Assembly (NCBI RefSeq): GCF_964188315.1 | Contig: NC_135670.1 | Location: forward strand, 15,748,001 to 15,812,000 | Length of the DNA stretch: 64,000 nucleotides | Direction: 5' to 3' | Origin: Podarcis muralis | Taxonomy: Eukaryota | Shown: piece by piece, positions 61,501-64,000 of the stretch | Numbering within the stretch: the first letter of the stretch is position 1 | How the letters are laid out: the number at the start of each line of letters is the position of its first letter | Translations under genes and position numbers: made by a program | Notes under the pieces: generated by a model | Told to the model about the DNA's origin: nothing | Databases searched by the model: none | What the model saw: the letters and a program-made list of their open reading frames with translations, nothing else

Positions 61501-64000
61501 CACATCCCCCTTCACTTTGGGACCTTTCAAGTTCAAGTCAAAATCTGGCATGGAGATTTTGGGGGTCTTAAAATGCATATCAGGCATCTTAAACTTGGGA
61601 CCTCTGAGTTTTCCTTCAGGACCTTCAAGCTCAACATCAGGAACCGAAACATCCAGTTTAGGGCCATGTATATCCACATCTGGTGCTTTCAAATCACCTC
61701 CAATCTTGGGAAGAGATACATCCACATCTCCCTTCAGTTTTGGGCCCTTCAAGTTGAGGTCTACATCTGGCATGGATAATTTTGGTGCTTTGATGTTCAT
61801 CTCAGGCATCTTAAATTTAGGTCCTTTCAGTTTTCCATCAGGTCCCTCAATGTCAATGTCAGGAGCATCTATCTTAGGACCTTTGATATCTATTTCAGGC
61901 CCTCTTAGATCCCCTTCAAATTCTGGGACGGAAACATCCACATCACCTTTAAGTTTAGGCCCTTTCAAGTTTAGATTCATATCTGGCATGGAGATTTTAG
62001 GTGCCTTGAAATGCATGTCCGGCATCTTGAATTTAGGGCTTTTCCATTTTCCTTCTGGGCCTTCGAGTTCAACATCAGGAACATCTACATCTAATTTCGG
62101 CCCTTTAATATCGACGTCGGGCCCCTTCAGATCACCTTCAAACTTCGGTACAGACACATCCACGTCACCCTTCACTTTCGGCCCTTTGAGATTTAGATCA
62201 AAATCTGGCATGGAGATTTTGGGTGCCTTAAAGTGCATGTCAGGCATCTTAAACTTGGGACCTCTGAGTTTTCCTTCAGGACCTTCAAGCTCAACATCAG
62301 GAAGGTCAACATCTAGTTTGGGACCCTGGATATCCACATCTGGGCCTTTCAGGTCACCTTCCAGCTTTGGAACCGAAAGGTCAACATCTCCCTTCAGTTT
62401 AGGGCCTTTCAAATTGAAATCAACATCTGGCATGGAGATTTTGGGTGATTTGAAGTGCATGTCAGGCATCTTAAATCTGGGACCTTTCACTTTTCCTTCT
62501 GGGCCTTCAATGTCTAGGCTTGGTGCATCAATGTCCACCTTCGGAAGAGAAACATCAAGGTCTGCTTTGGGGAGGCTCACGTCCACATCTGGGCCCTCTG
62601 CCTTGAAGCTAGGCATTCCAAATTTTGGCATTTTGAATTTTGGCATTTTCAGTTTTCCTTCTGGGCCATGGAGGTCGACGTCCGGAGCATCAATATCCAG
62701 TTTGGGACCTTTGATGTCAATTTCTGGACCCTTCAAATCACCTTCAACCTTGGGTAGGGAAACGTCCACATCACCTTTCAGTTTGGGGCCTTTGAGGTTG
62801 AAATCCACATCAGGCATGGAGATTTTGGGTGCTTTGATGTTCATTTCAGGCATCTTGAATTTAGGGCTTTTCCATTTTCCATCTGGGCCTTCAAGTTCAA
62901 CATCTGGAATATCTACATCTAATTTCGGCCCTTTGATATCAATTTCGGGGCCCTTCAGATCACCTTCCAACTTCGGCACTGAAACATCCACAGCCCCCTT
63001 CACTTTCGGCCCTTTCAAGTTCAAATCAAAATCTGGCATGGAGATTTTGGGTGCTTTGAAGTGCATGTCCGGCATCTTAAACTTGGGACCTTTCACTTTT
63101 CCTTCTGGGCCTTCAATGTCCAGGCTTGGTGCATCAATGTCCACTTTCGGCAGAGAAACATCAATGTCTGCTTTTGGAAGATTTACATCCACCTCTGGAC
63201 CTTCTGCTTTGAAGCTTGGCATTCCAAATTTGGGCATTTTGAATTTTGGCATTTTCAGTTTTCCTTCTGGGCCATGGAGGTCGACGTCCGGAGCATCAAT
63301 ATCCAGCTTGGGACCTTTGATGTCAATTTCTGGACCCTTCAAATCACCTTCAAGCTTTGGTAGGGAAACATCCACATCTCCTTTCAGTTTAGGGCCTTTG
63401 AGGTTGAAATCCACATCAGGCATGGAGATTTTAGGTCCTCTGATGTTCATTTCAGGCATCTTGAATTTAGGGCTTTTCCATTTTCCTTCTGGGCCTTCGA
63501 GTTCAACATCAGGAACATCTACATCTAATTTCGGCCCTTTAATATCGACGTCGGGCCCCTTCAGATCACCTTCAAACTTCGGTACAGACACATCCACGTC
63601 ACCCTTCACTTTCGGCCCTTTGAGATTTAGATCAAAATCTGGCATGGAGATTTTGGGTGCCTTAAAGTGCATGTCAGGCATCTTAAACTTGGGACCTCTG
63701 AGTTTTCCTTCAGGACCTTCAAGCTCAACATCAGGAAGGTCAACATCTAGTTTGGGACCCTGGATATCCACATCTGGGCCTTTCAGGTCACCTTCCAGCT
63801 TTGGAACCGAAAGGTCAACATCTCCCTTCAGTTTAGGGCCTTTCAAATTGAAATCAACATCTGGCATGGAGATTTTGGGTGCTTTGAAGTGCATGTCCGG
63901 CATTTTAAACTTGGGACCTTTCACTTTTCCTTCTGGGCCTTCGATGTCCAAGCCTGGTCCTTCAATGTCTACTTTGGGAGCAGAAAGGTCAATGTCTGCT
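58516..64000 (-). CDS. AHNAK: AHNAK giant exon, C-terminal 1800+ aa (open at the right edge)
   Basis: Uninterrupted ORF with the AHNAK repeats GPKFKMPDMHFKAPKISMPDVDFNLKGPK and the C-terminal KSKIKMPKF...SPKGKFSFFKGKKSRHRSSSFSDE...KLKFGTFGG motifs. The frame stays open to 64000; the ORF-track start at 63951 is a TTG, not the real start. Confidence 0.97.
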   Translation of the reverse strand, partial: ADIDLSAPKVDIEGPGLDIEGPEGKVKGPKFKMPDMHFKAPKISMPDVDFNLKGPKLKGDVDLSVPKLEGDLKGPDVDIQGPKLDVDLPDVELEGPEGKLRGPKFKMPDMHFKAPKISMPDFDLNLKGPKVKGDVDVSVPKFEGDLKGPDVDIKGPKLDVDVPDVELEGPEGKWKSPKFKMPEMNIRGPKISMPDVDFNLKGPKLKGDVDVSLPKLEGDLKGPEIDIKGPKLDIDAPDVDLHGPEGKLKMPKFKMPKFGMPSFKAEGPEVDVNLPKADIDVSLPKVDIDAPSLDIEGPEGKVKGPKFKMPDMHFKAPKISMPDFDLNLKGPKVKGAVDVSVPKLEGDLKGPEIDIKGPKLDVDIPDVELEGPDGKWKSPKFKMPEMNIKAPKISMPDVDFNLKGPKLKGDVDVSLPKVEGDLKGPEIDIKGPKLDIDAPDVDLHGPEGKLKMPKFKMPKFGMPSFKAEGPDVDVSLPKADLDVSLPKVDIDAPSLDIEGPEGKVKGPRFKMPDMHFKSPKISMPDVDFNLKGPKLKGDVDLSVPKLEGDLKGPDVDIQGPKLDVDLPDVELEGPEGKLRGPKFKMPDMHFKAPKISMPDFDLNLKGPKVKGDVDVSVPKFEGDLKGPDVDIKGPKLDVDVPDVELEGPEGKWKSPKFKMPDMHFKAPKISMPDMNLNLKGPKLKGDVDVSVPEFEGDLRGPEIDIKGPKIDAPDIDIEGPDGKLKGPKFKMPEMNIKAPKLSMPDVDLNLKGPKLKGDVDVSLPKIGGDLKAPDVDIHGPKLDVSVPDVELEGPEGKLRGPKFKMPDMHFKTPKISMPDFDLNLKGPKVKGDVDVSVPKLEGDLKGPEIDIKGPKLDVDVPDVELEGPEGKWKSPKFKMPEMNIRGPKISMPDVDFNLKGPKLKGDVDVSLPKVEGDFKGPEIDIKGPQLDIDAPNVDIHGPDGKVKFPKMKLPKFGMPEFKGEGPHIDVNVPKGELELSGPSLNIEGPEGKLKGPKLKTPQISMPEIDLNLKGPKVKGDVDVALPKVEGSLKGPGIDIQGPGIEAKGPEIDLECPDVNLEGPEGNVKLPKFKMPKFGFGAKSPKADISLPEGELNVESPDISISGKGKKSKFKMPKIHMSGPKVKGKKAGFAVSGDMDASMKSPDLEGSISVPEASLKGDMNIKSPKGKKSMFGKLSFPDVEFDIKSPMFKADASLPKVEGEIKSPGIDVSSPSLKSPDLDITVPSGSASLPDVNIGGPDIHLKKPKFKFSGGNVDLAGPKLEGDLRGPSVDANLSAPDISLKGPSVNLPSMGVSAPSMSAPDINLKGPKLKGDIDLPQMEGQGLEGKLKMPKFGLPKIGKPGVKVEGPEVDLQGKLPSASVDVSAPSIGGSMSAPAVDVSLKGPKFGGDMGLSGDIKGPKIGFGTPDVDVSGFEGKLKMPKASGLDVNVSAPDLDVKAPTVKMASGGGISAPDFDVNLKGPKIKGDFGISGGITSPKVAVEAPDVNVEGSGVGIKIPCMKLPQFGIASEGGSISGPQIKGPEVDLKGHDISAPGFDLNVKGPSLKGDVNVSGGMKGQQIGVGAPGVKISGMGLDTGAPDVSLRGPSLNVSAPKVSGPELNMGMQGSGGLQFSGPKAGIDLKGPKLEVKGPSVGVNVPHGHLESPSGQVSFPKMKMPKFVVAGQELTGREVGVDVEFPQAPEASFHAGAVNVELEEPDIKLKKSKIKMPKFPFSKSKVKGSVGSPEISVSASGCEGELQASLGSLEGDVEVEGSASPKGKFSFFKGKKSRHRSSSFSDEHSSHSTPTGTLEHDKGKQAKLKFGTFGGIGAKTKGSYEVSGSDDEMK

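Noticed and set aside
58596-63363. Multiple plus-strand ORFs inside AHNAK
   Set aside because: Antisense shadows of the repetitive coding exon.

Overview
Vertebrate genomic DNA from a squamate reptile, most likely a lacertid lizard (inferred from Sauria SINEs, BovB, CR1/L2 and lizard-type MITEs). It is a gene-dense block whose recognisable genes have human orthologs mostly at 11q12-13. Left to right: the 5' end of GPHA2 (minus, cut by the window edge); a candidate unannotated minus-strand microprotein gene (about 4.7-6.8 kb); two tandem two-exon genes for signal peptide + TM + FAM209-like cytoplasmic helix (15.3-19.7 kb, minus); an RBM4-family two-RRM gene with an intronless CDS and no zinc knuckle (plus); SNX15 (8 coding exons, minus); ARL2 (5 exons, minus, U12-type first intron); SAC3D1 (2 coding exons, plus, head-to-head with ARL2); and the 3' 5.5 kb of the AHNAK giant exon (minus, open at the right edge). 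I built the exon models by hand from splice sites and reading phase. Family assignments rest on my recollection of reference proteins, not on database searches. The best lead is the FAM209-like tandem pair, a family characterised mainly in mammals, whose two genes share a CRE-variant element about 50 nt upstream of the start codon.
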